A DNA stretch of 63,900 nucleotides, counting the filler, from Globobulimina sp. (taxonomy: Eukaryota), in the NCBI GenBank assembly GCA_003354225.1. It is 51 parts of 51 records of this genome, joined end to end, with 100 filler letters (N's around TTAATTAATTAA, not from the genome) between each part and the next. Parts side by side here need not be neighbours in the genome. Positions count along the whole stretch, not along the records: positions 61,493 to 62,646 come from PIVH01022174.1; positions 62,747 to 63,900 come from PIVH01022175.1; 49 more parts are not named here. One strand, written 5' to 3'. Positions 61,493 to 63,900 of this stretch are shown piece after piece. A model generated the notes under the pieces. It was not told where the DNA came from. It ran no database searches and worked only from the letters and a program-made list of their open reading frames with translations. The translations under genes were made by a program, and so were the position numbers. Position 1 is the first letter of the stretch; each line of letters opens with the position of its first letter.

Positions 61493-62583
61493 CAGTCCTT
61501 TTACTTTTAACATAGACCTTTGCATAAAACATTGCACCATTTCTAGTGGCACATAAAAAACAAAACACAATCATTCCAAATTGAGTCCATTGATATCTAT
61601 AAAATATTACAGTTGGAATAAAAGTCAACAAAGAATATGTTACAAAACATATACCAAACAAATATATTCTGCCATGTTTGCCAAACAAGTTTATAACTTT
61701 CCATTTGATGCCATTTTGATTGGATTTTCTGAATAAATATCGATACGTTGTCAATGAGCTTTTATTTGAAACAATTTTATTTCTACAAATTAATTGAATG
61801 ACAATGAAATACAACAATTGGTGGCCCACATTAAATAAAAATGGATATAATATATGTGAAAACAATGTGGAACATTCATTCATTTTAGCAATACCTTGCC
61901 ACGGATTAATATGACAAATATTATCTAACCATCGACTGTCAATATCAAACCAATCGAGTTGTTGCGATATTTGCCACCTTTAATAATAACGTTTTTTGCT
62001 GCTCCGGTTCCAACAAAATTGCAGATGTTTTGCCAGAAACATACCTTAAAATGTAAGTGATGATGGACGGTGTAATATGTATCAACAAAGATGTTGTTTT
62101 ATCCACAGAGTGGAATACCAACGCATTGCCAAATAAAATTATAGCAAATAAGAGAGGTCCATTGCATAAACTGAATACAATACAAAATAATGTTTGATGT
62201 GGGTATATCCATAAATATATAATCAATAAAGCATTTACAAAATAGCAAAAATCGAATAAAAACCAGTGCCATGATTTGTTTTTATAGATCCAATATCTCC
62301 GTACGACCATTACTGGGAATTTGAAAGTATAATACCATGGAATTAAGCCAGCAAATAATCCGCCACCAATGCCATATACTGTAATACCAAAATTTGCGAC
62401 AGACCAAATAAATTCCATTTGTGTGTTGGCCATAAAATTCATAACTTGACCATGTGATTTTTTCATCCATTCTTTAATATCAACATCTTCTTCATCATGA
62501 TCAGGTGTTTCCGAACCAGTTATAATTTGCAACGCAGTGCTTATTTGTGGTGGGGGACTGTCTGGGCTGTTTAAGTCAGACAT
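61493..62583 (-). CDS. GPC1: Glycerophosphocholine acyltransferase (DUF2838); intron 61978-62044
   Basis: HWFLFDFCYFVN, GPL..AI..GNALVFHSVDKTTSLLIHITP, LR|W, RNGAMFY. Confidence 0.88.
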
Positions 62584-62746
62584 TATCTGCGATTATTTCA
62601 AGAACTGTGGAGATCGCGACACCTCGTGCTGATTGGCGTAGGTAACNNNNNNNNNNNNNNNNNNNNNNNNNNNNNNNNNNNNNNNNNNNNTTAATTAATT
62701 AANNNNNNNNNNNNNNNNNNNNNNNNNNNNNNNNNNNNNNNNNNNN

Positions 62747-63001
62747 TTTTGGTGCCCAAAATTTATATTTATTAAATCTAGATTCATGTACTCTGAATTT
62801 GTGTTTTTTATCGTTTTTGTCGTAATATGTTCCGTTTTCGATGTCCGCTCTTGCTGTAACTACAAGTTCTTGTTGCAGGAGTATATCTAGGTTATATTTA
62901 TTTAGTATTCTTTCAATATGTTGTTGTTTATAATAGGAGCGATTTGCATCTTGCAGGCCCCTAATATTTAGGTGCCCAATTTTTAGAATGTGGAAAACAG
63001 C
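62747..63001 (-). mobile_element. APE endonuclease N-terminus (copy 2 of element at 22754-23236)
   Basis: LKIGHLNIRGLQDANRS..YNLDILLQQELVVTARADIENG; nucleotide similarity to 22975-23380 extends to about 63150. Confidence 0.85.
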
Positions 63002-63783
63002 TTAATTTTTCTTTCTGGGCTATAGTTATTATTATCAAAATCCACCAATTGGTGTTTATTAATGATATGTGATTTCACATTAATGTTTTCCAAAGGGATT
63101 TGTGAAACAGTTTGTAATACAAGGATTATTTGCGTTTTCAAATTGCAATAAAAATAAAACTAAAAAATATAGGTACATGGAAGAAAATGGTACTGCGAGA
63201 AAGAATAAAATAATTCAAAGAGACAACAGCAGAAAAAAGAAAAAGTAATATCATTGTTATCGGGGTATAAAACGACCCCTGATAATAATAGTCAATAAAC
63301 AGGCAATTTAAACATGGAAAAGACGTGTTATTGATACATTGGATGAAAATCCATATGATTGCGATATTGGTAGTTGGTGGAACTGATAATACATGGCATG
63401 TCATAAAAGATTGGAGATCGTAACTGTAGGGAAAAGGTGAGTGATTATGGGTGATTAATATTTGTTTGTGGTTGTGATTACAATTTAATGGCTGGTTTGA
63501 TTTATTCTGTGGTTTTATCATCATCGTCTTCTTCAATTTTGTCGCTTTTCTTTTTATTTTTATTATTGTTGGTGTTATTATTGGTATTATGATGACTTGA
63601 CTGTCCATATGATTTGTATTTATTATTTCTCCTGTTTTGATTTTGGTTTTTATTATAGATAGGACGTCGTGGATTGTTGTTAAATAATGGTTTGTTTAAT
63701 GCATTTTTGTTAAAAATCGATATGGCCGCTGGTTGATGGAAGCGGAGTTTATGTATTGTTTCATCAACTTCATTAAATCCGCC

Positions 63784-63880
63784 AATTGACTATGCTCAAC
63801 TAAGTGATTTTCGAGACCGTTACATTTCATGTCTCCAATGTCTACACTTGTCTTTTAGATTGGCAATCCTAAATATGATT
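63784..63880 (-). repeat. Dispersed ~97-bp repeat, copy 2
   Basis: Reverse complement of 128-224. Confidence 0.9.
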
Positions 63881-63900
63881 TTTACGAGGGAATTTCGTAT

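Overview
This window is not one locus. It is 51 unrelated short contigs (1156-1154 bp, sorted by length) joined by a 100-bp artificial spacer (N44-TTAATTAATTAA-N44), so synteny only holds within a contig and every ORF ending in X is cut at a contig edge. Most contigs are AT-rich eukaryotic DNA with short (about 50-120 bp) GT-AG introns and very short intergenic spacers. The gene repertoire (Cys-rich repeat proteins, orphan 7TM proteins, TLDc, SAM, CAP-Gly, PT/PS-rich tails) suggests a protist, plausibly a foraminiferan/rhizarian; this is inference. Recognisable genes include a calmodulin-like protein, prefoldin 6, an E2 start, neprilysin, a ZIP transporter, a C2H2 zinc finger, a VWD protein, an AGA-like Ntn hydrolase, GH79 heparanase, a class II cAMP phosphodiesterase and GPC1. 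Mobile elements include RLE-type (CRE-like) and APE-type non-LTR retrotransposons and a Bel/Pao-like gag, and one contig looks prokaryotic or viral. The most notable leads are an in-frame FYVE-like finger-Thg1 fusion, a sirtuin-SAM methyltransferase fusion, a tRNA-like head with spaced GTGGCAATCCAC mini-hairpin arrays on two contigs, an intron-containing prokaryote-type membrane protein, and a spliced Gly/Tyr-rich protein missed by the ORF track. All family assignments come from motif recognition by eye, not from searches.
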